A stretch of DNA of 64,000 nt, from positions 62,001 to 126,000 of the forward strand of contig MCFE01000030.1 in the NCBI GenBank assembly GCA_002104905.1. Direction: 5' to 3'. The notes beneath the pieces are model-generated. The model worked only from the letters and a program-made list of their open reading frames with translations, ran no database searches and was not told the DNA's origin. The stretch is from Basidiobolus meristosporus CBS 931.73 (lineage: Eukaryota; Fungi; Basidiobolomycota). The position numbers and the translations under genes were made by a program. Below, piece by piece: positions 35,341-47,200 of this stretch. How positions within the stretch are numbered: position 1 is the stretch's first letter; every line of letters begins with the position of its first letter.

Positions 35341-38100
35341 TCAAAAAGAGCAATAGTTGGCAGAATAAGCCTGAATATGGAAATGCAGCAACAACTAAAG
35401 GTAGACTCTTCATATGTGCACTAAACATGACAACACACAAGGATTTTCAGACATGGTATATTGACTCTGGAACATCTAAAACTTTACACACCAACAAGAA
35501 CTTTTTACCCAATATCAATAAACTCCAATTGAGAAGGTTTTCATGGGTGATTATACAACACTTGATGCAGTGGGAGAAGGCACTATCCAAGTAAACCTTA
35601 GAAGCAGTGAAGGAAACCACCAACTTACCTTCAGAGAAGTACACTATGTACCAGAAATAGCCAAGAACCTACCATCTGTAAGCAAGGCCACAGCAAAAGG
35701 ACTTTGTTTCAGTTTCATAATTCTGGATGCAGGATCACTGATCAAAATGGTGCCCATATTGCTTTGGGTATCAGAGATTAGAAACTATACATATTGACTT
35801 ATATTCTATCATATCTGGAAGCCAATATAAGTACCTTAAATGAAGAAGCACCAATGTTTTGGAAATTACCTGATCTTTGATCATTTTGTGCAAATAATCA
35901 AAATGGATGTGTCCAATCTCCTGTGCCAGAGTAAAAATTGATACCACAGCTAATCTGGAGCACTGTAAAGTATGCATATTGTGGAAGTTATTAAGTTGTC
36001 ACTTAAATATTCATGCTAACTTAGTCACATAGATATTATTCTTTGATTAGCATTCTGTCCAGACCAAATTTCTTGTTGGGATTTACTTAGAATATCTCAC
36101 CAAATTATCAGGTACTCAGATTGTGATCTTTCTCACAGCTTTTCAAGAGCCCCCAAACTTTGAACACATATTTTTGGGACCTTTCTTAACAAACTCTACA
36201 TGTTTGTTTGCTCTACTGCATCAAAAGTATAAATACTACACTTTTGATCAATAAATCTACAAGTGAAAAATGTCTAAATCCTCTAATACTCCAAATCACT
36301 TGTAATACCCCTCAAAATATTGCAACACACATATGGAAAACAAGCCAGACAGCCATTCAAGAGTTCTGGGTTAATCAAAATCAAGAAAAGATTAGATCTA
36401 ACTCACTCAGATCTGTGTGGACCTATGCCAAATTTATCCTTGGGCAGAATTAAGTATTTAATTACTTTTATTGATGTTAATACAAGATACACCTGGCTCT
36501 ACTTCATGGAATGAAGGAAAGAAGCTCTATCTAGGCTCAGGGAGCTTAAAGCCATGGTGGAGAATACACCTCAAAGCTCTTCATTCACTTTGACAACATT
36601 TATGAGATAAAGAAAGAGACTACTTTAACATACTCCCCACAGCAAATTAGAGTAGCAGAAAATGCAGACAGATCAACAACTGATATGACAAGATCTATGA
36701 CCTACAATCCATGATCAAAATTTATCTTAGGATTCTTGGGCAGAATCAGCTGCTACAGATGGACACTATAAGAATAGGAGTTGTAGCAGAATACCTTATG
36801 ATTCTACCCCATTCAATGCATGGTATGGATACAGAACAAATGCAGAGTATTCAACAATATTTGGTTGTACAGCATATGCCAAGAAACAGCCAGGAAATCA
36901 GTTCAAATTTGAGTCAAAATGCAAAAAATTCATATTTTTGGGCTACTGCAGTGAGAGTAAGGTGCAAAGACTCTGCAATACCAAAGTAAAGAAGCTGATC
37001 AAGTACAAGGATGTGCTGTTTGATGAAAATTCAAAATTTTCACACAAAATGACAGAAGGAAATGAGAGAAATCTGATCTTAAGTCCACTATTAGTCAGGA
37101 TTGAATCACAGGAGAACAATCAGTTTTCTCATTCCAGAGGACTCTACAACCATGGTTCAGCCTGAATCAGTGACTGGGAATATCCCAGAAATGATCATTC
37201 CTGCACAAGAAGACAGGAGATCCTAGAGGACCAGAAATAGCCCAAACCATTAAATTAATGAGGGTCCAAGCTTGGCCTGTACCTATTCAGTACATATTGA
37301 TAAGCCTCAGACTGTAAAAGAGGCCCCAAAAATCCCTCAGACAAAGTTTTGGAGATCTGCAACAACTGAGAAGTATCAGGCCCAGATGGAACATCAAACT
37401 TGGGACTTAATCATGTTACTAATCAACCAAAAATCAATTGGATGCATATGAGTCTTCAAGGCAAAATATGAGGCTGATGGTACAGCTGAAAATACAAAGA
37501 GAGACCTGTGGCAAATGAATACTCTCAGACAAAAGGACTTGACTAAACTGAGACCTTTGCACTGGTAGCCAAGTTTAATTCCATCAGATCAGTATGGGCT
37601 ATGGCAGCCAAATATAGGATTTTTATATCAAATGGATGTAAAAACTACCTTTTAGAGTGAGGAACTTGATGATGATGTGTACATTGAGCAGCTTGATAAG
37701 TTTGCTGATCAGCATAATCCCCACTTGGTCTGCAAGGTTAACAAGTCTTTATATGGTCTCAAACAATCACCAAGAACCTGGAATTGCAAGATAGGTTATT
37801 ATTTGGAATCTTTGAGTTTCAAAAGGAGTACTGCTGACTATAGTATCTACTATTAGCCAGATAGAGCAAATCTAATTGTACCTAGAAACATTAGAAGTGA
37901 CTGAACCCAGCCTATCTAAGAAGTTAAGATGCCCAGTCCAGGAGAACTCAGTACTACTTAAGCAAAAAGTTCTCCATAGACAGAAGTACCCAGACTATGA
38001 CCCTAAGTCAATCCAAGTATATTTAAGATATACTAAAGAAGTACCAAATGGAAGACTGTAAATTGGAAGCTACCCCAATGAGATAAACTAGTCAGTATGA
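35340..38100 (+). mobile_element. Degenerate Ty1/copia pol (protease-integrase-RT) with many stops and frameshifts
   Basis: TWYIDSGTS; VHYVPEIAKNL; HSDLCGPM…YLITFIDVNTRYTWLYF; CKKFIFLGYC; YQMDVKT; VCKVNKSLYGLKQSPRTWN; LSQSKYI*DILKKYQMEDCK…TPM. Integrase precedes RT, as in copia. Confidence 0.88.
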
Positions 38101-38132
38101 GCATTTAGTAGAGTGGGACTGGTGTATAAACT

Positions 38133-38465
38133 TGTAATTCCACCTGAATATTCACCTAAGTTAGTCACTTAAATCATTACCTACAAGTCTTAGGGAATAT
38201 TGACCAAATTGTTTGTCAGGATTTACATAGAATAGTTTCACCAAAATATCAGGCACACAGAACATGAGAATTCTCCAAGTTGTCCAAACAGCCCCAAACT
38301 TTGCACACATGCTCTTGAGCCCTTTCTAGACCTATTTCATGGGTTTATTATGCCCAGACCTTGTAAAAGTATTGATACCACTTTTACATTCAATAAATCA
38401 TTAAATGAAAACAACATAATCAATTTGTTCTCCAAATCACTTCCAATATCTCCAAGACTCTTACA
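38133..38465 (+). repeat. Copia-family LTR (~333 bp, TGTAA…TTACA); truncated copies at ~35990-36200 and ~39233-39450
   Basis: Inverted 5-bp termini and four similar copies in 34.5-39.5 kb. The 39450 copy is followed by a gag start. Confidence 0.7.
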
Positions 38466-38950
38466 ATAACTATCAAATCCTTGTCAATAGCTGGTATGCC
38501 CCCAGATTCCATCTCATCTACTAGCTGAGTAATTCTGTTAATTAGATTTTTTGTTTCTTCTCCAGTCAGCATCTTTGTAACAAGGAATTTTTGTCTAAAG
38601 TCCATTTTCTTGGCATCTGAATATGACCAGTATGTGTCTTTTAATGCCTTCCAGGCATTATTTGCTGTTTTTACTCTTGAGCATTGAATTAGCAATGGGT
38701 CTTGGACATTAAGACAAATGCAGTAAAAGGCATTTTGTTCTTTCTTCTGGTACTTTAAGGCTTCCTATGCCACATTTATAGGAGGTCATTCTTCTCCCAT
38801 GACAATATCCCAAAGACCTCTCTCCTGTTGCAGCATCTTTATTTTCACCTTTGACACTGGGTAACTAGTTTCATCCAACTTTTTGGTAGAGGAAAAAATT
38901 TCAGTTATAGCAGTAGTGGGCATTGCAGCAATTGATAGCTTGGGGATCAT
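38466..38950 (-). mobile_element. Ty1/copia gag (UBN2-type) fragment
   Basis: KVKIKMLQQERGLWDIVMGEE and KTANNAWKALKDTY…FRQKFLVTKM…LINRITQLVDEM. Confidence 0.75.
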
Positions 38951-39232
38951 AAAATGCTGTAAAAGTCTACCAGTGTAGCTCAGTTATAGATTGTGCCAAC
39001 CTATTCAAGTGCTTCCACTCAACAGTAACATTGAGCCAACCTCACACTCAATGGGCAACTCCATACATACCATTTCAATAAGTGTCTCTTTCTTGTCATC
39101 CTTTACCCATGTCATTAACAAGAACCCTATGGTGCTATGCTACTTTTGTTCACTGGTTCCTGTATATGATGGTCTTTGGCCAGTACTGAAAGGTCCAGTG
39201 CCTCATTTACCAGTCTTTGCAAAAAATCCAAA

Positions 39233-39620
39233 ATATCAGATATCCAGAATATGAAATATCTCAATGCTGTCCAAATTGCCTGAAGCTTTGCACACATGTT
39301 TGTGGCACCTTCCTTTTTTACTCAGTGTGTTGGTCTTGCCAAGACCATGTAAAGTATGAATACTTCACTTTCACTCAATGAGTCATTATGTGAAGCCCAC
39401 ATAGTCTACTTGCCCTCCTAATCACTTCCAACATCTCCTAATCTCTTACAAATGGTTGGGAGTCCCAAACTGTATCCCTCTACAAACTCTGCTTCTGCTA
39501 TTACCAGAACTCTCACCTCTACTGCAATGCTTAATGGATCTAACCACCAAGTATGGAAGGTGAAGGTAAAGTTGCTGTTGCAGGAAAGAGGCCTTTGAGA
39601 AATTGTAATGAGAGAAGCGC
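39233..39620 (+). mobile_element. Copia 5' LTR remnant plus gag start, cut at 39621 by another LTR-like repeat
   Basis: LTR end TTACA at 39450, then LNGSNHQVWKVKVKLLLQERGL*EIV. Confidence 0.65.
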
Positions 39621-40627
39621 TGTAGTGGGGTGACAGTGACACCCACTGACAGATGTGCTCATTCCCTTATTTTCTACTTCCCTACATCTCTACTACACTT
39701 ATTTTAGTTTTATCCCATATGTCTTACCCAATCAGTACTATCCCATAAGCCGGTTGACTATCACACCTGCTTACCTTATTGCATAAGTTACCCCTCACGT
39801 TATGTAAGATTACTAGCTATAAGGGCTTCTATATTAGGCAAGTACCCGTGCCAGTACCTGTGACACATGATCAACCCGTGTTACCATCCCTACCATTTCC
39901 ATACCATATATGGTATCCCCATATTACACAGGTTTCAGAATACTGATTCCTGATTGGTTGGATGTGCTGTGCCTCTTAGAACCTTCCGGCACCTACTTAG
40001 AACATTCTTAGGTCATTTTGATGTCATTAAGATTTCTATTGATATCCGGAACCTTCTGGAACACCATGATTAGTAATCACTTAGCCAGTAAGAAAAGTAT
40101 ATAAGGGAGGCTATCCCTCAACAATAAATCATCATCCCTTTTATCAATATACCGACTTGTTGATTAGTGTGATCACTGCTACCTGCTGCTACCTGAACTT
40201 CCAACCCCAGACCACAGGACACTCCTAGGAAATGGTGCTGACAGCCAACTGACCTTGGAGGCACTACTTGTGAGGAATACTCAGAGTAGGTATCTTTTAT
40301 TATATTTTGATTCTTTCCCAAGTTTGTTCTTGTACAGGCAAAGATACTTTTCTGTCTTTGTAACTATTGACCACAGCTGCATTCTTATCAAGTCCCTGCT
40401 GGTGGAGTTTACAGTTGTTTTGACTTTGGAAGCTTTAGTACATTAGACTTGTTCTGTTGGATAGTGCCACATAGTGCCAGCCTGTTTACGGTGCCGGATC
40501 AATCTGGCACTCTACAGCACCATCTGGCACTATAATTTCTACCATGATGCCTGTGGTATGATACAGTTACTGGTAATTTTACTCGATCTTACTTATGTTG
40601 CTCAGAATAGTGCTTTCCTTGCTTTAT

Positions 40628-41512
40628 TTACTCTTCATAATGCTCCAGACACATTTCTCTCAGTGGATGTCTTCTTGTATGAACATACTGTGCATTAATA
40701 AGTATCTTAACTATTTTACCTATTCTGCTGTTTTCTCCTATATATGACTTTCCTCTGTATTTACCTGCCAATATGCTGAATCTCTTCAGATATCCAAATG
40801 TGTGCTCTACCCTTACTCTGAAATGATTAAATATCTCATTGTAGAGCTTCTGCTTCCTACTAAGTACACCATTCCTTGGCTTCCTATAAGCTGTAATACT
40901 TCCTAATCTCTGACAATCCTCTCCTATATAAGCTAAGTCTGCCATACATTTCTCCCCTCTACTGAATTCAGGATGATTCTCTACCCAGAGTGCTTTGTCA
41001 TGCCTACTTCCAGCAAATGGCCCACTAAACCAGATGATGTTACCCTCAATGTCAGACAGTGCTTGAAACTTCACACAGTGCGCCTTATACCTGCCAGAAT
41101 GAAAGTACCTCTGCCCTCTAAAAGGTCTGTTAATCCTCACTGGGAAGGTATCCAAAATACTCCTGATATGGAACCTGTTGCTGAACACTCTGGGATATGG
41201 AAGTCTATTGGAGCTTCTGAACCTAGTGTTCCAAGCTTGCTCTAAGTCATTCATACCCTCTGCAAGGTGGTTCTCCATTGCTGTCAGCTGGGAATGAAAG
41301 CTTCTAGGACTTTTGTTGCCATGGATGGTGGGACAAAACCTTGTAGGGCAATAGTTCTTGTAATAACAGAGAAGCTTGACAAGTGATCTCCTTGAGTAGA
41401 TTGGGGTTGATGGTCCACAGTACTTGAAATAGATCTCCTCTAGTGTGTCAAAAGGAAATCCAGTGGTAGTGATGGGATTGATGAGAAAAGACCATTCAGA
41501 TGAGTAAGTCAT
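40628..41512 (-). CDS. DDE transposase (DDE_Tnp_4 / Harbinger-type), 294 aa
   Basis: ILDTFPV (D1), HSGRYKAHCVKFQAL, GPFAGSRHD, MADLAYIG (D2), YNEIFNHFRVRVEHTFGYLKRF (E). Open frame. Confidence 0.9.
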   Translation of the reverse strand: MTYSSEWSFLINPITTTGFPFDTLEEIYFKYCGPSTPIYSRRSLVKLLCYYKNYCPTRFCPTIHGNKSPRSFHSQLTAMENHLAEGMNDLEQAWNTRFRSSNRLPYPRVFSNRFHIRSILDTFPVRINRPFRGQRYFHSGRYKAHCVKFQALSDIEGNIIWFSGPFAGSRHDKALWVENHPEFSRGEKCMADLAYIGEDCQRLGSITAYRKPRNGVLSRKQKLYNEIFNHFRVRVEHTFGYLKRFSILAGKYRGKSYIGENSRIGKIVKILINAQYVHTRRHPLREMCLEHYEE

Positions 41513-41871
41513 ATTAAAATTGGTGGATGATCGTATTAAGGCGGTTTGAATTGATTTGGCGCAATCCGTCTTATTTATCTGATTTTTAATACATTATGAT
41601 TAAATCTCCATCAATTGCCATGTATCCCATCATTATGTTGCAAAAATCATCCGCAAACAATGCCTTGGTACTTTTATTGATGCTTTAATCATAGGTCTAT
41701 AATCAAATAGGAAATCTGCAATTGATGTGATCTGATCCGTGTCAACGCAATCCAAGATGCATCATGCATTATATATGGAAAATTCAACAATCACATTAGT
41801 TTTCATATATATTTCATATAAGAACAGGTTGATGCCAATATACTGCTGTATAAGTATCCAAATCTGTTGCT

Positions 41872-43119
41872 ATGGTCCCCATACCAAGCCTCAACTCATC
41901 TTTAGTACAACCCAGACAAAACCCGTCCCCCAGCTCACAAGCGCGGTGCGGACCAAAAAAGTCAATGTTGGATCCGTTTGAGTTCTTGCCAAATGATTTT
42001 AGTATGGCCCAAGTGTCTATGATGAGCCTTCATACAGATATTTGGGCACTGCTGATTAATCTAGCAGAACTAGATACCTCAGAGAGTCAACAAAGATGGA
42101 AGAATTTGAGTAGAAAGCTGTGGCAGGAGTTCTACATCAAGATGCCAGCCGATGTATGTAAAAAGATATATAACAAGACAAGTATTGAAATCAAGAATGA
42201 GCTGAGAGTGAGGGGATTTGACAAAGAAGCCACGCGGGAGCACTTTTGCGCGCAATTTGCACAGTACGGGCCGGATGCGTCCGTTTGTGCCTCAACTTTG
42301 GGAACCAAAGAGATTTTGAATGAGTTTTTGCCTCAAATGACTAATGTACTACGTGATATATTAGTAGAGCTAAGTGGCTTCCGCAAGCAATATACACAGG
42401 ACTCATCCAGGCAACAGCTCCAAAGTATCAGACAGTGGGTAAGTGAATACCTTGAGGAATCAGATGGTGAGCTTCAGGAGGAAGAATACAGACCGCAAGC
42501 AACATCATCCAGATTGCGCCAGCATGCCTTGCTGGAGTCCCTACCATCTCTTGCAACCACAGCACGCCGGCGCACATCAGTCCAGAGTACGCCAAAACCC
42601 TTTACCAGAACGCCCCGCATCAAGTCAACGCGCGTCGGGTCAACACGCACACTTCAGAGCAAAACTACAAGAACTTGCCAAACTGCTCATTTAGACACAA
42701 GTCCATTGGAGCGGACCAAGTTGCGTCAACTTGCAGCATCACATCAAACTCAGCCAAGGGCCATCTCAACGCGTCAAGGCGCACCTGCGCGTGCCGTTTT
42801 GCCTGACCATCAGCAAGTTACTTCTGGTGAACTGACTGATGATGACCAACATGAAGTGCCTCAACCACCGGAGCCCTTGGCAAGTAAAAGAATGCATCAG
42901 CACGTGGCACTACAGGCCGGTTCAGTTGGTTTAGTCGGAGCAACTCAGCACGGCCAAGCTGTAGCATTGCACTCATCAACTAGGAGGCAAAATACTGACT
43001 ACAAATACACAAGTAGCCAAGATGATAGTCAGCCAGGAAGTAGTATAGGTGTGCAAAGTGAGTCACTACCAAATGCTTCAGTGGTAATCCCTGTGAGAAA
43101 AAAACCCAGGAGAAGATGA
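41872..43119 (+). CDS. Transposon accessory protein (second ORF of the PIF-like element), basic C-terminal NLS-like tail
   Basis: 415-codon ORF inside the TIRs, divergent from the transposase. Helical N-half with Trp residues (IWALL…QRWKNLSRKLWQEF), low-complexity C-half ending RKKPRRR. Confidence 0.7.
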   Translation: MVPIPSLNSSLVQPRQNPSPSSQARCGPKKSMLDPFEFLPNDFSMAQVSMMSLHTDIWALLINLAELDTSESQQRWKNLSRKLWQEFYIKMPADVCKKIYNKTSIEIKNELRVRGFDKEATREHFCAQFAQYGPDASVCASTLGTKEILNEFLPQMTNVLRDILVELSGFRKQYTQDSSRQQLQSIRQWVSEYLEESDGELQEEEYRPQATSSRLRQHALLESLPSLATTARRRTSVQSTPKPFTRTPRIKSTRVGSTRTLQSKTTRTCQTAHLDTSPLERTKLRQLAASHQTQPRAISTRQGAPARAVLPDHQQVTSGELTDDDQHEVPQPPEPLASKRMHQHVALQAGSVGLVGATQHGQAVALHSSTRRQNTDYKYTSSQDDSQPGSSIGVQSESLPNASVVIPVRKKPRRR

Positions 43120-44270
43120 TGCAATTGCTTTGAATTGCTCACATTTGTAATGATCCCAACAACCCTTTTTTTTTGCAATCCAAATTGAGCCATTGCAAAT
43201 CAGTGATCATCAAATTTTTGATATAAGTAATACCAAGGTTGTCTCACATTTGAGACAGAACCCCTATAAATAAACACCCTGCATATATATACGTCATCTA
43301 TAATACCAGTGCAGCTATTGGATCTGTTTTGCACCTACACAATCGCTCACGTGCTGGCTATGACACCTTGTCCAATCACTAGGATCAGGGATTTACTTGC
43401 TCAATGAGCAAAATGGGATATTTGATGGCAAATCAGGTAGCTTTTTTAGTAGTCGATGAGCCAATTGGGGGCTGCTAGCTTCAGGATACTTTTGGACCAA
43501 TTAACCACTGAGATGCTGTCCAATTGGAGTGAGGGTAACCAAAATGGTAAGTATTAGTGTAGTTTATAGTGTGATACACATTTATTTCCATTTACATTAA
43601 AGAAACATATCCAAATACCGGATTTTACCTGCCATAATGGCGGTATCCGATTGCACATGTGATGCAAACATTACAAGTTGGCGCAATCATCCATTCCAAC
43701 CTCATTGTGTCAGATTGTGCCATAGTGTGCAAGATCGTCTTGCATAGTGCAAAATCGTCCAAGAACAATCCTTCCTTCTGGTAGCTATAATATTGCGCCC
43801 AATCGTTCTTTACAATCACGGATTGCGCCGCACACCCTGGCACGGTACAGTGGAACAAGTCTATTGTCATCTCAAAGGATGCTGAACCCAGCACATACTT
43901 TTGTTAAGATGCCAACTAAGTTGGGGATTGTAGCTCAATAGTTTTCCCTTGACCAGCTTGTGGCTTTATTCCCCTTCACATTAGATTAGAGACAGAACCC
44001 AAGTATTCCTAGCAAGCTTTTGCCAGAGGTTATCACACCCAGTGAGCACCCCACACACAAGACACTTGAGAAGTGTTGGACATATCTCTCCCTTGGACTT
44101 ATACACCACCACAGCGCACCTTCCTAAATGCATAGGAAAAGAAGCGCTAAATAACCCATAAATAGAACACAGCTCCATTAGCGGTAAATGCATTGATGTT
44201 AAAGGCAAATTGCTGACTCTATGCTCAAGAGCAAAAATGGCAAAGAAATACCTGGAAGATATTGGAAGAC

Positions 44271-47200
44271 CTCTATAAAAATAATTTGGTCCCACAGGTG
44301 GATCCAATATAGATCAGCCATCAGGATCCCATTAAGAGACCATCATCATACCAGCAGCTTGGAATTAGTGACCCTCTTGACAATCTAGTGACAGGATCAT
44401 GCCAGTGTTTTGCTAATTTTACTACCATATAAAGTGTTAAAACTTGACAAGATTGAATTGGTGCTGTGACAATAATTGCATGGTATTGTTGTGGTCTTAT
44501 TGCACTCTATAACTATTGTAAATGGATCCAACTGGCCAGGACATCTAATTGCCTTATTTGGCAAAAAACTTGACTGTATTTTAACAAGCTCTGAGCAAGA
44601 CTCTGATGGCATTATATTGGCAGTATGGTGGCCTACAGCTGGTTCTGTATAATGCTACTGTACCAATTTACCAAATGGTATTTCCTTTGTCCACCTCCCC
44701 TTGTGCAATTCATATATTCCACTGTAGAATCACCCCTCTTTATTTGCTTACCCATTACTACCTTGGGTATTCCACACATAGCTCAAATCAAAAAAAAACT
44801 ATGGCCTCCAGCTTACTAACATCTACAAATGTGCACACCTGCCGCAATTGACATACTTCTATCACTTCAACTTTATGACTTTTTAGTGTGATACATGCAA
44901 AATTGCCATATACCTTGTATTGTGTGTAACATATACATCTTGCAAACATATGCTTGGCTATTGCCACTTCTGCCATGAGTACCTCCTGAATATCTGCAAA
45001 GAACTTCTTGGTACTCAGCCAATATATTCCTTCTCCCTGCTGGATTCTAATCCCCCTTATAGGTGCACTCTGGCTTTATTTGTGTGATTTCCATATTGAA
45101 TGGTGTAGAAGTTGGCTTGTGACCATTAGAAATCTAGCATATCTTGGTAGAGTTTTCCTAATAAAATTAGTTGCTTGTTGCACCCAATACAGCTTTGCAT
45201 TATTTAACAGATTACCCATGCATTTGGGCTGCTTAGCTTCTTAATGCCATAGGTATAGGTGTCTCCATGTGCACATTTGTCCTCAGTATTTTCCAACTCT
45301 TTCTGGCTGTCCTCCATGTGCTAACTCATCACATCCATGATGGACTTGAAGCTAATATTCTTGATGGGATTGGGATATGGTAGTACCTGCAGCTTGACTT
45401 GTCTTCCTATCTCCCCACACATCTGCTCCATAGGAAACTCCCAAAAGGTGAAGCAAGCCCCAATATTCCCCACACACTGTGCAAGATGGAGTAAAGAATA
45501 GTAACAGTAGCAGCAGAGATCTACACATTCAGCTTTATGTTTGTAGTATAGCCGCTCAAATCCCATTACAACTCCTTGCATAACAGCTGTATATGTATCA
45601 AGTTGGCATTGGTGATCCACTTCTAGATAAATATTCCTACAATGTCCACATAAGACTCCCAATGCTTCCAATGTACTCTTGGTAGGAATGGCTTCTAAAC
45701 ACCACTTGAATAAATACATATCCAGTTCATCCAGTCTTTGCATTTGTATTGTTACATATGCATAGGAATACTGATTGGAGCCCATGGGAGGTAATCAGGG
45801 AAGCAGATACTCTGTAATATCTTGTCAATTCATTCAAATTTCTCTGGTATCTCAAAGGGCTCATTTAGCTTTAAATGCCCCTATGTACAACTTGGTCATC
45901 AGTATAGGAATATTGTTGAAAAGAAAATGCATTGTTCCCAGTGGAAAGTTTTTGTTCCAACAGATACCTTCTATCTTAAGTATCTCTAGTTTCCAATTGA
46001 TTCTGTATTCTGGCCAATGGCTTATAGCTTGCCAACTTTGCTGCAATTGCATGCTGACTTCTGTATGTTCTCTCTGTGGAAAGATGATGTTCTTAGTGCT
46101 AGTTTATAGGTAATAATAACATTTGTGAGGTAAGGAGTAAATCCCCTGGATCTCACACATGCACAGCAATACTGTCCATTGTGCCCAGAAACACCTGCAA
46201 TCTTGCTGATGGCAGGGGTATCTCCAATGCAGAAAATAATTTGGGCTTTTACATGACAGCCATTTACTGATATCCCACTCAAAAGCATACAAAATTCATC
46301 CAGCAATGGATACAGGTAGCTTTTGAGGTTGGAAGGTGGTTTAGGCCCAGATACCAGTTAGACTACCATCAAATTATTGCTCTGATACTGTAACATGGGC
46401 AGCAGATTTAGATTGAAGAGAATCAGTGGCTAGCAGGATTTGCTGGTAGAGTACTTGTTTAATGAGAATCCATCAAGTGCTAAGGCAAAGTCATGGACAT
46501 ACCTACCTTCAAAGTGGCCCATGCTTCTTAGCTGTTTGTAATGTTTGCAATTGAATATATCGGATAGGTTTGCACTTGATTGATACTGAGTGTGATACTG
46601 TATAGCTTTGTAATATTTGTTGAATTGCATCAGCTTCCTCAGGGTATTACTGGAATATATTCAGCATGTGAACAATGTTTTCCCTCAATGGTGCTGGATT
46701 CCTGACAATTTGGACACATTGCAATGGTAGCATTTTTGGATGTGAATGCCATACATTTGTTAACACATACTGGAATCAGGACAGTCTCTGGATCATTTGT
46801 TGCCAGCTGCATGATGGTTGTCCACTTGTACCATGTACATAGTAAGTTGCAACCCAGAATGATTTTGGCAAGAAGTGGTAATAAATCCTCAAAGCCACCA
46901 TTACTTATTTCAATGGGTATTGTCTCATTGCATATTGGGATTTGACCAGACTAATACATGGTACTGTTGTTAGAGGAGATAGGCTCACAATCCATCAGTG
47001 AACCTTCTTTGTCAGAGCTATCACTCTGCATGCCATATTCGGAAGGCTGAGGTGAGCCCAAAGGTGTCACAAACTCACCTGAATCAGTTTGTGCAAGGTG
47101 ACAAAGACAGCCAGGTGCCAATATAGAAGTATCAGCTGGCTAGCAAGATAATGTTGGTACAGTAGTGACCAATGAATGGCCAAATATGACTCGTATAACA

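Larger units (their letters stand above)
40445..43862. mobile_element. PIF/Harbinger-superfamily DNA transposon, 3418 bp, two divergent ORFs, apparently intact
   Basis: TIRs AGACTTGTTC (40445-40454) and GAACAAGTCT (43853-43862); ATT duplicated at 40442-40444 and 43863-43865. The uninterrupted junction (…gtacATTgtcatc…) is seen reverse-complemented near 63720-63730. Confidence 0.88.
39621..44270 (+). mobile_element. LTR-like element: ~670-bp TGTAG-starting repeat (39621-~40294) plus adjacent internal sequence, split by the PIF-like insertion
   Basis: 39621-40294 recurs reverse-complemented at 56151-57199. 40160-40444 joined to 43866-44125 recurs contiguously, reverse-complemented, at ~63470-64000. 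No gag or pol motif recognised. Confidence 0.5.

Noticed and set aside
39230-39640. Apparent Ty3/gypsy gag on the minus strand
   Set aside because: The segment resolves as a copia LTR (ends TTACA at 39450) followed by plus-strand copia gag.
40443-40446. TA target duplication (Tc1/mariner-like) reading of the transposon ends
   Set aside because: The empty site near 63725 reads gtacATTgtc, which is incompatible with TA; the transposase is Harbinger-type.
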